The notes under the pieces were generated by a model. That model was not told the origin of the DNA. It saw only the letters and a list, made by a program, of their open reading frames with translations, and made no database searches. Made by a program: the position numbers and the translations under genes. DNA of 62,956 nucleotides, the filler included, from Octopus bimaculoides (lineage: Eukaryota): the NCBI RefSeq assembly GCF_001194135.2. It is 4 parts of 4 records of this genome, joined end to end, with 100 filler letters (N's around TTAATTAATTAA, not from the genome) between each part and the next. Parts side by side here need not be neighbours in the genome. Positions count along the whole stretch, not along the records: positions 26,106 to 46,309 come from NC_068985.1; positions 46,410 to 62,956 come from NC_068999.1; 2 more parts are not named here. One strand, given 5' to 3'. Each line of letters starts with the position of its first letter. Position 1 is the stretch's first letter. Below are positions 37,486 to 50,470 of this stretch, in pieces.

Positions 37486-37849
37486 TTAAAATATTAGCGA
37501 ACATGTTTTGGTCCCAGTATATTCATTAACAAATAGAAGAAAATAGAGTTTGCATCAATATACTGTGTCCGAATAAAAGACGGCATTATCACAGCTGGAA
37601 CTTGTTAGGTTATTGATCTGCTGCATCAAAACCCCTCAGAGATTAAACAACGCCAACTGTAGCCAGTAATACCGATTAGTATACAATGCATTTCTACACA
37701 ATGGTGTTGAACAAACGTAAAAATTAATAGCCATCATAATTTCATTAAAAGTAGCAATTTGTCCCGCCCGCTTCTTAACCCTCATGCACACTCACCCTAC
37801 GAGAAATACTGATCCCGAGTCTTTTTGTACGTATTTCCCCATTTCAACA

Positions 37850-39989
37850 TCAATTATTAAGTAGCTGATTCGTCTTATTCTAGATGAAAGAGAATGCAGT
37901 CTGCGTTTCATATCAACGTTTAGTTCAGACTCACATCTTCAAATTTTTCTGCACTCGCATACCTTCTTTTCTTCTTTCTGCCCCACCCCACAGATTCCTC
38001 TCATCTTCAACCTCTAAACGACGGGAAATTACTTTTCGAGCGTGTGTATATACCATCTTTTTATGGTTGTTATTCCATAGTGTTGGCATAGTTTCCAGTG
38101 TATATAGGCCCCAGTTCTGTCGTGTTTCTGAATATACTCCTTCTTAACCAGGACTGGGCAGCCAAAGGCAATATGATTTTTTGCTTCTTCTCCATCACCA
38201 TATATTCTGCAATTACTTGTACTCCTTTTCATTATGTGTCTTTGGTGATATCAGGTGGGAAGACGTTTATCTTGTACTTCAATTAAAATTCCTTCAGTCT
38301 CTGCGTTAAGTCATAAGCTTCTCAGCCATTGTTGGGATTTTACATCGCCTATTTCTTTTCTGTTTAGCTTAACCCAATATTTGCCATGTAGGAGCGTTTT
38401 TTGTCATCATTTTATCATGATCCGTTGATTGTTCAGTTTTAGTTTGGATTTCGGTTGTTTTACAGCTTTTGTTGTTTCTTTTTTTTTTCTTCATAATTGT
38501 TAGTTACTATGACTTCATTTTTGTATTTGTCAGATTCTTTAAAGACAAAAAAACAGATGATTTGTTTTGTTCGTGTTTTGTGGCTGTCTGTATCAGTTTC
38601 CCTTGCTTCTCTAGTATTTCTGTAATCCAATGGTGGTAATTTTGCAATAATTTTCTAGCAGTATAAGGTCTCCACCACCTTCGATACGTTGTATATATAA
38701 TCTTTCTATGTTAGATTTTGGATGGTGTATCCTAAATCCTGTCATTGTTTTCCTGTCTATTTTGATTAGTCAAGTTAGAATCCAGTTAAGAATATCGTAG
38801 CTGTAACTTATAACTGGGAAGGTTAGAGTATTGATGTTTATTATCTTGTTTTTCGCATTGAGCTCTGTTTTCAGTATTAATCTAACTCGTATATAGTATT
38901 CCTTTCTTATCTTCCCTTCGATTTGTGTGTGCCTCATCGTATCTAGTTCATTGATTCCTAAGTACTTGTATGTCTGGCTTTGTTCTAATTCTGTAATTTC
39001 ATTTGCTGTGATGTTGTTACTCTTAACTAATTTTCCTCTTTTCAAGGCTGCTTTGGCACATTTTTCTAAGCCAAATTTCATGTTTATTTCGTTAGTAAAT
39101 CCATGTACTGTCTGTAGTAATGTTTCCAGTTGAGTATCATTTGTAGCATACAGTTTTAAATCATCCATATACAAGAGGTGGTTGATTGTTTTGCAATAAC
39201 AGTTTTATCCGCATCCAGTTCTGTTTAGCATTTCATATAAATGTGTCAGTGCCAAGCATAAAAGGAGTAGAGAGAGCGTGTCTTCCTGGAATATTCCTCT
39301 TCTAATTGTGATGGCTTTGGTTTTCATGAGGCCTCTTTTCGTCTGAAGCTCTAGCATTGTTTGCCTAGCATTCATGGAATGTTTTATATATTTTACGATT
39401 ATGGGTGCTAACCTGTTCATGTCTAGTGTTTGTTAGATCGATGTGTGGTGAATACTATCAAAATCCTTTCAATAATCGATCCGAGCCATGCTTAGACCCT
39501 TCTTTTTCCTTTGACAGTCTTCAGTTATGGCTTTATTGATCAATAGCTGATCTTTACATCCGTATCAGCCCTTCCAACGTCCCTTCTGCTCTTCTGGAAA
39601 CAGATTGTTTTTTTTTCCAGATGTTTCTCCATTCTCTGCGTTATTATTGCAGTAAAGGCTTTGTAAATTGCAGGGAGACAAGTTATCGGTCTGTAATTTT
39701 GTGGGTTTGCCGTTTCAGTGGATTTGGAAATAAGGATTGTTTTCACTTCCATAAGGCATTCAGACATTGTCTCTAGCTCTGCTAGTTTTTCATTAAATTT
39801 CTCAGCCAGCGTTTTATGTATTCTTGTGATATATTTTAACCACAAGCTGGAGATCTTGTCGTGCTCGGGTGACTTCCAGTTGATTAGTTTTTTGCAGTAC
39901 CTGGGTGACCTTTTCAGTTGTTATAGATGTTCCACCACTGAATTTGCTATTTTGATAATTTTTTTCTGAGGTTGTTATTTCGCCGACCA

Positions 39990-39993
<4 letters not shown>
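37850..39993 (-). mobile_element. R4/Dong-like non-LTR retrotransposon, 5'-truncated (copy A)
   Basis: ORF pieces NPQNYRPITCLPAIYK, IRRGIFQEDTLS, YMDDLKLYA...MKFGLEKCAK, and HIAFGCPVL...HDRTGAYIHWKLC (zinc knuckle region). Starts directly after (AAT)n at 39994-40062. Confidence 0.9.
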
Positions 39994-40062
<69 letters not shown>

Positions 40063-40063
<1 letters not shown>

Positions 40064-40273
40064 GTTCAGTAGTTTTATTTTTATAACGTGCTTTCACTTC
40101 ACTACCGAGCGCAGCTCTGTGCGCCTTGGGTATGTGCTGTGGTTTGCTGTGGTGCTCTTATGTTTACTGTATTGAAAGTGTTTTGCGTAGAATGTGTGCA
40201 GTACCCAGTAGTGCAATTTTCTGTATGTTATATATATTTGTAAGTCCTGGTGTTTTTGTTATGTATTTGTCTG
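40063..40273 (-). mobile_element. 3' end of another R4/Dong-like copy (B) with 3' UTR and (AAT)n tail
   Basis: SDKYITKTPGLTNIYNIQKIALLGTAHILRKTLSIQ*, then UTR running into (AAT)n. The rest lies in the gap. Confidence 0.85.
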
Positions 40274-40786
40274 ANNNNNNNNNNNNNNNNNNNNNNNNNN
40301 NNNNNNNNNNNNNNNNNNNNNNNNNNNNNNNNNNNNNNNNNNNNNNNNNNNNNNNNNNNNNNNNNNNNNNNNNNNNNNNNNNNNNNNNNNNNNNNNNNNN
40401 NNNNNNNNNNNNNNNNNNNNNNNNNNNNNNNNNNNNNNNNNNNNNNNNNNNNNNNNNNNNNNNNNNNNNNNNNNNNNNNNNNNNNNNNNNNNNNNNNNNN
40501 NNNNNNNNNNNNNNNNNNNNNNNNNNNNNNNNNNNNNNNNNNNNNNNNNNNNNNNNNNNNNNNNNNNNNNNNNNNNNNNNNNNNNNNNNNNNNNNNNNNN
40601 NNNNNNNNNNNNNNNNNNNNNNNNNNNNNNNNNNNNNNNNNNNNNNNNNNNNNNNNNNNNNNNNNNNNNNNNNNNNNNNNNNNNNNNNNNNNNNNNNNNN
40701 NNNNNNNNNNNNNNNNNNNNNNNNNNNNNNNNNNNNNNNNNNNNNNNNNNNNNNNNNNNNNNNNNNNNNNNNNNNNNNNNNNNNNN

Positions 40787-40819
<33 letters not shown>

Positions 40820-40820
40820 G

Positions 40821-40980
40821 AAGGCGGTGAGCTGGCAGAATCGTTAGCACATCGGGCGAAACTCTGTGTGGTATTTCGTCTGCCACTACGTTATTAGTTC
40901 AAATTCCGCCGAGGTCGACTTTGCCTTTCATCCTTTCGGAGTCGATAAATTATGTACCAGTCGATAGATTAAGTACTTAA
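40821..40980 (+). mobile_element. Nin-like SINE, 3'-truncated
   Basis: AAGGCGGTGAGCTGGCAGAATCGTTAGC head after (TTA)n. Confidence 0.85.
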
Positions 40981-41039
40981 TTTGTCAAATTCTTTACAGA
41001 TGTATTTTTATCAGTGTGGAAAAACTTACATCTATTAGT

Positions 41040-41330
41040 CTACAAGTATTCTCTTCTCAGTTTTTAATGATTATATCTGGTCCATTAGCCTGGATCGTTT
41101 TGTCCGTGTTGACTTGAGAACCCCAGAAAATAGTGACAGTTTTATCTTCAACAACTGGCTCAGGATAATGTTCATACCAGTAAGCAGGAGTGCTGATTTT
41201 GTAGTGTGTACATATTTTCCAATGCAAATACTATCCTACCCTATAGTGGCGATATTTGTATTCGTTTGGTGTCAGCACAGGACATCACGAGATAAGATGA
41301 TCTATTGCTTCAGGTTTTGCATCTATAGTA
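41040..41330 (-). mobile_element. R4/Dong-like RLE fragment (copy C)
   Basis: My translation: EAIDHLIS.CPVLTPNEYKYRH...YLHWKICTHY...WYEHYPEPVVE...IFWGSQVNTDKTIQANGPDIII. Confidence 0.75.
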
Positions 41331-41399
41331 GAAAGAATTATTATTATTATAGGCTTTGTGCCTAGAGGAGAAAAGGATTATTATTATCAATATTATAAT

Positions 41400-43090
41400 G
41401 TCTTTGCACAGCTTCTAACGCATGAGATGTACCACGGTGTCATTTGTTCACTACCACTGAAATAAGATAACACCCCTTATTTTTTCGAGCACCATCTGGT
41501 GTATGCGAGCGGTTTCAAGCAGTGTTGTTTTCTGAAAGTGCACAACCATTATTGCAGCTCCTATTTGTTTCATGTACTTCTCAAGATTCTTATTCATTGT
41601 TCCCAGGGCTCCGACAATTATTGGTACTACTACCACGTTTTTCATTGACCACAACTGCTTAACCTCCAAAGCTAACCTGTCATATCTATCTCCTTTTCTT
41701 TCTTCTTGATCGCTTATGTTGTTGTCAGCTGGGCATGCTACATCTATGATCCAGCATAATATGCTTTCTTTCTCAGTTAAACTATGTCTAGCAACCTATT
41801 CTCTATCTCAAGGTCGCACTGAATCCTAAAATTCCATGGGATCTTTGGATTATCAATTTCGATGATGGCTTCGGGTTTATGTTCGTACCACTTTTTTTCT
41901 CTGTCAAGTCCATACATGTTGCAAAGTGTCCAATGGACAATACTTGCTATGTTGTCATGACATCTCTTATATTCTTTATGGGCTAGTGACATATATTGAG
42001 TGGCAATACACCATACGGTGTCACCATTTTCTTCACAAATTCTGCACTTGTCACTTTCTGATGTGTTGTCTATTCTGTATTTGATGTCATTGGTTGTTGC
42101 TATGTTTTCTTCTGCTTGCTTTAATGCTGTGTACGCATTCCAATCAGTCCTCTTCGCTCTCTCTTTTTTTTTTGTTCATACAGTCTTTCAGTGTCGTTAT
42201 TGGGGGTTGACCATCCCATAGCTAGTCAGCAATGTCCTTGTCTTTCTGTCGAAGCTATTTAGTTCGTCTACTGTTCATGCGATTACCCCTGCTCCATATC
42301 TAAGGAGTGAGACCGCCCAGGTGTTGGTAGTTTCAATCTTATTTCGCCCGTTTAATTTCGACTTAAGGATCTGTCTCAATCTGCACAAGTACTCCACCTT
42401 AATTTTTTCTGTCATTTCTTTCTCCCTCAATTTATTCATTTCCAATATCCCCAAGTATATATAGCCAGTCTCTTCTATCTTCTTCATAACCTCCCCCGCC
42501 GGTATCGCTAGTCCGTCCATACATTTGCTTTTGCCTCTCTTCAAGACTAACACATCACACTTTTTCAGTCAGAACTCCATTGTGATATCAGCACTGAAAG
42601 TATACGCTGTATCAACGAGGGAACTGGCTAGGATTCATCTTTACCATAAAGTTTGAGATCATCCATGAAAAACAAGTGGTTGACTTTTCTTGGCAGCTCT
42701 TGAATATATACACGGCTTCTGCTTTCCTCAGAATTATGTTAGTGTTATCATGCATAGTACAAAGATCAAAAGGGACAGGAGGAACCCTTGTAAGGTGCCT
42801 CTCCTGTTTTCTATTGTCCTTAAACTTCTGCCATATGCTATCAGTTCCGTCCTCCACTTCATCATACTTTTTCCAAGCAATCGCTCAACATTCGATGCAA
42901 TACCAAGTAGGTTCATACGTTCCATAATCGAAGAATATGGGATCATATCGTACGAATTACGATAATCAATCCATGTGATGGCTAAGTTAGTTTTCCTCCT
43001 TTTGCAGTCTCTAAGTACAGTTTTGTCTACCTCTGCACTTACACTCGCAACCCATCTGCTCATGTGGCAGGACTCCATTTTTTTAACAGA
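41400..43090 (-). mobile_element. R4/Dong-like element, 5'-truncated (copy D, divergent subfamily)
   Basis: TNLAITWIDYRNSYDMIP, VLKRGK...GYIYLGILE...KSKLNGRNKI, EYKRCHDNIASIVHW, VVPIIVGALG...LLETARI. Bounded by (AAT)n-like tracts. Confidence 0.9.
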
Positions 43091-43159
43091 AATCCGTACA
43101 TTGACTCTGTAACTATTCCAGTCAATAATTTTCGCATTAGTGGAAATTATTGACTTATG

Positions 43160-43198
43160 TGGAAATTATCATTATTATCATTATTATTATTGTTGTTG

Positions 43199-43271
<73 letters not shown>

Positions 43272-43340
43272 CATTATTATTATTATTGTTCTTCTTCTTC
43301 TTCTTCTTCTTCTTCTTCTTCTTCTTCTTCTTCTTCTTCT
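43160..43340 (+). repeat. (ATT)n-(CTT)n compound microsatellite
   Basis: Direct reading. Confidence 0.95.
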
Positions 43341-43344
43341 TCTT

Positions 43345-43420
43345 CTTCTTCTTCTTCTTTTGTTTTTCATCATTCCTAGTGCTCCTATAACCACTGGTAT
43401 TGCAATCACCTTCAGGTATT
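43345..43420 (-). mobile_element. Short R4-like C-terminal fragment (copy E)
   Basis: IAIPVVIGALGMMKNK resembles VPIIVGALG in copy D. Confidence 0.55.
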
Positions 43421-43698
43421 ACATTTTTTTCGATTACAATAAATAAATCTTATATTTTCTTACCTAGTCAATTCTTTTGCCGATATATTATGAACACAAG
43501 GAATACTCATATCGATTACTAAACAAACTTTATTGTTTTGGTCTTTCACAACAATACCTTCGCAAGTTCGGTCCGTATGTACTGGAAAGTCTCAAAGAAT
43601 CGTCACATTTTCTTCCTCAGTTACAGCCTTAGGGTTGTTCTAAGAACACTTGTCAACAGTTTTGATTTTATAATAACATTGTCATCATCATGATCATG

Positions 43699-43733
<35 letters not shown>

Positions 43734-43780
43734 TATTATCATTAGCATTATTAGTATTATCTTTATTATTAAGGCGGCGA

Positions 43781-44164
43781 TCTGGCAGAATCGTTAGCAT
43801 GCCGTTACGTTCTGAGTTCAAATTCCGCGGAGGTCGACTTTGCCTTTCATCCTTTCCGGGTCGAGAAATAAAGTACCAGTTACGCACTGAGGTCAATGTA
43901 ATCGACTTAATCCCTTTGTCTGTCCTTGTTTGTCCCCTCTATGTTTAGCCCCCTGTGAGCAATAAAGAAACAAGTATCGTTACCACGCTGAACAAATTAC
44001 TTAACAGCATTTCACTATGTTCTGAGTTCAAATTCTGCCGAAGCCGACTTTGCCTTTCAACTTTTCGAGGTTGATAAATTAAGTACCAGTGAAACACTTC
44101 TTCGATGTTAGCGACTAGTCCCCTCCCCTTCAATTTCAGACCGTGTGCCAATAGCAGAAAAGGT
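43781..44164 (+). mobile_element. Head-to-tail SINE dimer
   Basis: Two Nin-like bodies with different 3' tails. TTATTATT on both sides is a possible TSD. Confidence 0.85.
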
Positions 44165-45450
44165 TATTATTAATATATATTTTTATCATTATCTTCTTTC
44201 AATTTTTTTTTCCATTTCTTGCCGAGTGTCCCAACACTTAGGGCAAAGAAACTCACTGTATATATTGATTTCCATGGGATTTCCAGTTGCCTTAAGAAGT
44301 GTTGAAGTTTCAATGGGACTAAGCCCAACGCTCCGATCACCATTAGATTTTAAGATATATTTTTAGATTTGAAGGTGATAGTGATTGAAGGAAAAATTAA
44401 CATAGCTAAGTTTCTCACCCAGGCTAGGGTAAAGGTATAAAGTATCACTTTCAAGTCTAGAGTAACATGTAGGAAATTAGCCGTTTTAATACTTTAACTG
44501 AAAAATACGCTACAGCCCACGTTCAAAACAAATATAGCTGATTCTTTTCTTAAGGTCTTCTATTTTACGTTCAGAATATGTATATATNNNNNNNNNNNNN
44601 NNNNNNNNNNNNNNNNNNNNNNNNNNNNNNNNNNNNNNNNNNNNNNNNNNNNNNNNNNNNNNNNNNNNNNNNNNNNNNNNNNNNNNNNNNNNNNNNNNNN
44701 NNNNNNNNNNNNNNNNNNNNNNNNNNNNNNNNNNNNNNNNNNNNNNNNNNNNNNNNNNNNNNNNNNNNNNNNNNNNNNNNNNNNNNNNNNNNNNNNNNNN
44801 NNNNNNNNNNNNNNNNNNNNNNNNNNNNNNNNNNNNNNNNNNNNNNNNNNNNNNNNNNNNNNNNNNNNNNNNNNNNNNNNNNNNNNNNNNNNNNNNNNNN
44901 NNNNNNNNNNNNNNNNNNNNNNNNNNNNNNNNNNNNNNNNNNNNNNNNNNNNNNNNNNNNNNNNNNNNNNNNNNNNNNNNNNNNNNNNNNNNNNNNNNNN
45001 NNNNNNNNNNNNNNNNNNNNNNNNNNNNNNNNNNNNNNNNNNNNNNNNNNNNNNNNNNNNNNNNNNNNNNNNNNNNNNNNNNNNNNNNNNNNNNNNNNNN
45101 NNNNNNNNNNNNNNNNNNNNNNNNNNNNNNNNNNNNNNNNNNNNNNNNNNNNNNNNNNNNNNNNNNNNNNNNNNNNNNNNNNNNNNNNNNNNNNNNNNNN
45201 NNNNNNNNNNNNNNNNNNNNNNNNNNNNNNNNNNNNNNNNNNNNNNNNNNNNNNNNNNNNNNNNNNNNNNNNNNNNNNNNNNNNNNNNNNNNNNNNNNNN
45301 NNNNNNNNNNNNNNNNNNNNNNNNNNNNNNNNNNNNNNNNNNNNNNNNNNNNNNNNNNNNNNNNNNNNNNNNNNNNNNNNNNNNNNNNNNNNNNNNNNNN
45401 NNNNNNNNNNNNNNNNNNNNNNNNNNNNNNNNNNNNNNNNNNNNNNNNNN

Positions 45451-45492
<42 letters not shown>

Positions 45493-45495
45493 GAG

Positions 45496-45556
<61 letters not shown>

Positions 45557-45769
45557 TGTATGTATGTTTGTATGTATATATGTATGTATATGTATATATA
45601 TATATATATGCATGTATATATGAGTGTGAGTGGGTGCGTGTGTATCTGTCTGTGCTGTAGAAAGCAAGGGAGTTACGGAAGGAGAAAGAGAAAGAAAAGT
45701 AAATATATAGATGCACATACGTGCATGTATATGATTGGGCATAGCAAAACAATATGCAGTTCAATGCCA

Positions 45770-46310
45770 AAAAATTTTAAGTACGGCGCTACAAGGCCAA
45801 CAGTGCCTGCCAATTGGCGTACACAGGACCCGGAGGTACTGCAATCCCAGAACCACAAGCCGTGAGAGACCTGGGCATCAACATGAGTAGTGATGCATCA
45901 TTTCACATGCATATTGTCAAGTTGACAGCAAAGTGCAGACAGCTGGCGGGGTGGATACTGAGGACATTCCGTGCAAGGGATCAAAAATCATGTTGACTCT
46001 ATGGAAGACATTTGTTCTGAGCCGCCTAGACTATTGCTCTCAGTTGTGGTCACCACACAGTGTCAAACGGACAGCAGAACTCGAGGCAATTCAGAGGCAC
46101 TATACAAAAAAGATCGCCACAGTCCAGCAGATGAACTACAGGGAGCGACTGCAGGCACAAGGTCTCTACTCCCTGGAACGCAGGCGGGAGAGATATGTAA
46201 TAATATACATATGGAAAATACTGGAAGGACTGGTGCCGAACTTTGGCATCAGGTACTACAGGAATGCCCGCACGGGTCGCCACTGCATGGTGCCAAAGGT
46301 GCCGTCCACN
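45770..46310 (+). mobile_element. CR1/L2-group LINE RT C-terminal fragment
   Basis: VRDLGINMSSDASFHMHI...GWILRTF / SRLDYCSQLWSP...LEAIQRHYTKKI...YSLERRRERY. One frameshift near 45985; truncated by a gap. Confidence 0.9.
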
Positions 46311-47802
46311 NNNNNNNNNNNNNNNNNNNNNNNNNNNNNNNNNNNNNNNNNNNTTAATTAATTAANNNNNNNNNNNNNNNNNNNNNNNNNNNNNNNNNNN
46401 NNNNNNNNNGTGTGTGTGTGTGTGAGAGAGAGAGAGAGAAAGAGAGAGAGAGATTTCGACTCAAAACTGCACCAAAGTCTCTCAGCTCACAACTCGACCT
46501 CAGAGGAAAATGTTTCCCAACAAAAGACAACGCATTCAAGTGAATTGCTTGTAAAACTAAGGGATCCACTATAGATAACGAATGTCAAAGAAAATGTTTG
46601 GCAAAAATTAACGGCCAAAACACTTGACCTTCATCACCATAAATCAAGGGAACGTTAGCCAGGCACAGCTTCACTTGTCAGCGCTGTGACCACCAAATGT
46701 TATAAACAGAGAGACATTTAGCCAAGAAAAGTTAGTTGCTGGCAGACACCACACGCTTTGCAAGGACGGTCATCTGTCTAATTGAGACGTCACGACTGCT
46801 GACTACTACTACTAACCCAAGAGTACGCATCGCTACAAAAAACTGTTATACAAGTAAGGTTCTTTTGTACACACACGCTTTGTCTATTCAAACACGCAAA
46901 AACGCATAGTTACACAAACAGCAATTCCTACATCACGAATACCACAACTGAATTTGTTTCTTGTGAGCATTTTTTCATTATTATTGTTTACCTGCTGTGA
47001 TTATAGCAAATGTTACCATTTCAAATCTTAATAAATAACTTATAACGTATTCTAGAAGTTATGTCAAATTGATGCTCTACACCGTATTCATACAATTCGA
47101 CTCTTATTTATAAACAAGCGAGACACCTAGACAGTACAGTCAGCAAACACGTAAATTGAACATCGGCTTCTTCCGTGGCAGAATCCAAATACCTTATATA
47201 TATGTATATATATATATATATATAATACAAAAACGGGACAAGAACGCAAAACATCCAGACAGTTAGGTGATACAAAAAAAAAAGGGACAACAAAACATCC
47301 AGACAGACGATATAAAGAAAACAAGGACGGGTCATTCGGAGTTTTCTTTCCTCGGTCGAGTTCCAGATTATCTTTGTAATTTCGGCTGGTTATACTCGAG
47401 ATTGCTCCAATCTAGTCAGCACTAAGGAAAAAAACTAAGCTAAGTGCACTAGATTCCTTGGAAGAAAGCAGCGAATGTATACGAAAACAAGGATGGAAAA
47501 AATAGAGAAATGGTACGCAAATACAAAGACACCCATTGTTACNNNNNNNNNNNNNNNNNNNNNNNNNNNNNNNNNNNNNNNNNNNNNNNNNNNNNNNNNN
47601 NNNNNNNNNNNNNNNNNNNNNNNNNNNNNNNNNNNNNNNNNNNNNNNNNNNNNNNNNNNNNNNNNNNNNNNNNNNNNNNNNNNNNNNNNNNNNNNNNNNN
47701 NNNNNNNNNNNNNNNNNNNNNNNNNNNNNNNNNNNNNNNNNNNNNNNNNNNNNNNNNNNNNNNNNNNNNNNNNNNNNNNNNNNNNNNNNNNNNNNNNNNN
47801 NN

Positions 47803-47885
<83 letters not shown>

Positions 47886-48397
47886 CATGAGACGTAGTAT
47901 AATTATATGTTACATCTCCTAGTAGTATAATTTATATTACATATCCTAAGCGAATCATATACTGACTCGCTCGGGACTTATTCAACTAATTAGTATTCTC
48001 CTTGTGTAACACTTTACATATGGAATAATTTATTATATATCTAGGAGGATGTTATCTACATTTAGATATAGGGTTGATTTGTATAGTTAAAAGTTTAATT
48101 TCATAATAAGTGGAAGTATTCTACCATACAATTTACAATACCCTGGTTTCACAAGTAAATTCTCCACATCCAATATTTCTAAATTATGTTTAAATATATC
48201 ACTAAAATTTATTCCTATTCGCTTTGGGCTAGTGGATGAAATATATCTTAGTTTAAGATCTAACATTCAAACCTTAGGGCTATCCTAGGATAAATCTGGG
48301 GTCAATTTTATAGCCTTATCAGGTTTATCACTATTCCTCTCTTATTCTTTGCACTCAACACTAATCGTCCTCAACTAAAATGTGATAATGTCTAAAC

Positions 48398-48696
48398 CAG
48401 GGGTTTTCAACCATTTTTTTTATCTATAGGCCCCTCTGATTACTATTTAATTCCGGCGGACCCCGCCCACATATTCATTTAAAAATTCCTATCTTGTTTT
48501 TCACACATTCACTTGTGTAAGTGGAATCGTGCAAAACCTTAGAAAAAGAAATCAAGCTGTTTCTTGCAATAAAAAAATTAAAGCAATGTTTTAAAAAATA
48601 CTAGTGTTGGTCCCCAATTTACTATTTTGTTGTGTGGACCCCCAAAATGTTATGTGGACCCTCAGAGGCCATATGGACCCCGGTTGAGAACCACTG
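48398..48696 (+). mobile_element. hAT (Buster/Charlie-type) MITE
   Basis: TIRs CAGGGGTTTTCAACC / GGTTGAGAACCACTG with perfect 8-bp TSD GTCTAAAC (48390-48397, 48697-48704). Confidence 0.9.
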
Positions 48697-48796
48697 GTCT
48701 AAACCATTATATTTCATTGTTAAAGTTCTTTCGTCACACATCCTGTGACCTCTTCAACAGCTCTTTATTCCACGTGTCTCCTCTTGTTTTGCTTAG

Positions 48797-49117
48797 TCCA
48801 GGGATTCTCAACTATTTACTTCATTTATTTTTTATGTGTGGACCCCTTTGATTACTATTTTATTCTGGTGGACGTATTTCAAAATTCCTATTTTGTTTTT
48901 CATGTATTAACTAGTATATCTTGAACTAGTATATTAACTAGTATATATTGAACTAGTATATCGTGAAAGGTTCGAGAAAGAAACCTAGTCGTTTCTTGTA
49001 ATGCAGACCAATCTATGCATTTAAAGTAAAAAAATTTCCTGGGGTCCTTAAAGTACTATTATGCAAAAATCTTATATGGAACCTCAGAGTCCATATAAAT
49101 CCCTGTTGAAAATTACT
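48797..49117 (+). mobile_element. Older copy of the same hAT MITE family
   Basis: CAGGGATTCTCAAC start, shared GATTACTATTT...AAAATTCCTAT interior, decayed GTTGAAAATTACT end. Confidence 0.7.
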
Positions 49118-50204
49118 AACAGAGGCGGACCCAAGGTGGGGGTGAAGGCACGTACCTCACTTCAAGAAAAGAAATGCGCCCTTGTAAATAATATTATTAC
49201 ACCCTTTTCCCCTGGAATTGTATTCTCTTCTGATCTTGTTGCCTCCCTTCGAAAAATTCTCGGAACTGTACCTGACTGATTTGCAGAAAGACAAAATAAA
49301 CTAAGCAAAGCAAGAGATCTATTTCAGTTCGCTTCAAACTATAATAGTGGCAGCAACTTAAAGCTGCATGAACTCGTTTTTAACCAGATCAACAAACTTG
49401 ATGCAAATATAAACCGCATTGCAAGATATCCATACAGTAGAAACATATATCGGATGGAAGTTTAAATTAAGTATGCAACATACATGACTGTAACAATAAA
49501 GACTGTATTGATATATTATTATCATAATTTATTTAAATTGTCTTGGATATACACTCAGTAAACTGTTTATAATCCGTGATTTATCCATCGGATGAAATAT
49601 ATTGGGATTGTTTTTTAGATGGTTATTATTTGTATCATGGTTGTGAAGTCATCTAAATATAACTCTACTCAGAACGCTGTAATATCATTTGACAGGAACA
49701 CGGTATAAAGAATACATAAAACAAGGCTGTAACTTTAAATGCCTTTAATGTTGGCCACACGTATATATACAAGCTGAATGATAAATGGAAATGGTTTGAT
49801 GCGTGGAGGCCATGATTTTCTCCTGTGCGTTACTTCATGCCTGCTAATCGCCGCGTGTCGTGAGAGAGAGCCAAGTAGATTATGTCTTTGCTCTTTGACG
49901 TCCTGATGCATAAAGAGGAAGAGGTGAGTGTCTGAACCTTAATGTTGCGTATGCTCTCTATTGGCAAGCTAATTAGGCATCTGCCACCAGGGAAGGTAGC
50001 TGCACCTACAGTTTTAACTCGAATAATCCTTGGTTATTCCTTACCATTTGATGCGGTTAGGCATGACTTGGATTGCACGAGATTGCTTGAACGGTACCTG
50101 CTTGTATATACTATCCCTATCTATCTATCTATATTTATGTATACACACACACACACATGGAGGCACACACGCACACACAACGCGCACGCACACACGCACA
50201 CACA

Positions 50205-50254
<50 letters not shown>

Positions 50255-50257
<3 letters not shown>

Positions 50258-50470
50258 TTTTATTCTTTTACTTGTTTCAGTCATTTGACTGTGGCTATGC
50301 TGAGCACTGCCTTAAAAGGTTTTTAAGGCCTTAAAAGCCGTAAAGGAATCGAAGAAATCGATCCCAGCACTTATTCTTTGTAAGCCTAGTACTTATTCTA
50401 TCGGTCTCTTTTGTTGAATAGCTAGGTTACGGGGACGTAAACACACCAACATCGGTTGTGAAGCGATGGT
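50255..50470 (-). mobile_element. SINE variant (same family as 7688-8177)
   Basis: TTTTACTTGTTTCAGTCATTTGACTGTGGC...GTAAGCCTAGTACTTATTCTATCGGTCTC...GTAAACACACCAACATCGG. Confidence 0.85.

Noticed and set aside
47950-48340. Possible PLE RT N-terminal relic on the minus strand (KPGYCKLYG)
   Set aside because: Single weak motif with no downstream RT motifs recognisable.
49790-49930. Possible exon ending GAAGAG|GTGAGT
   Set aside because: Good donor site, but no convincing acceptor or recognisable peptide.
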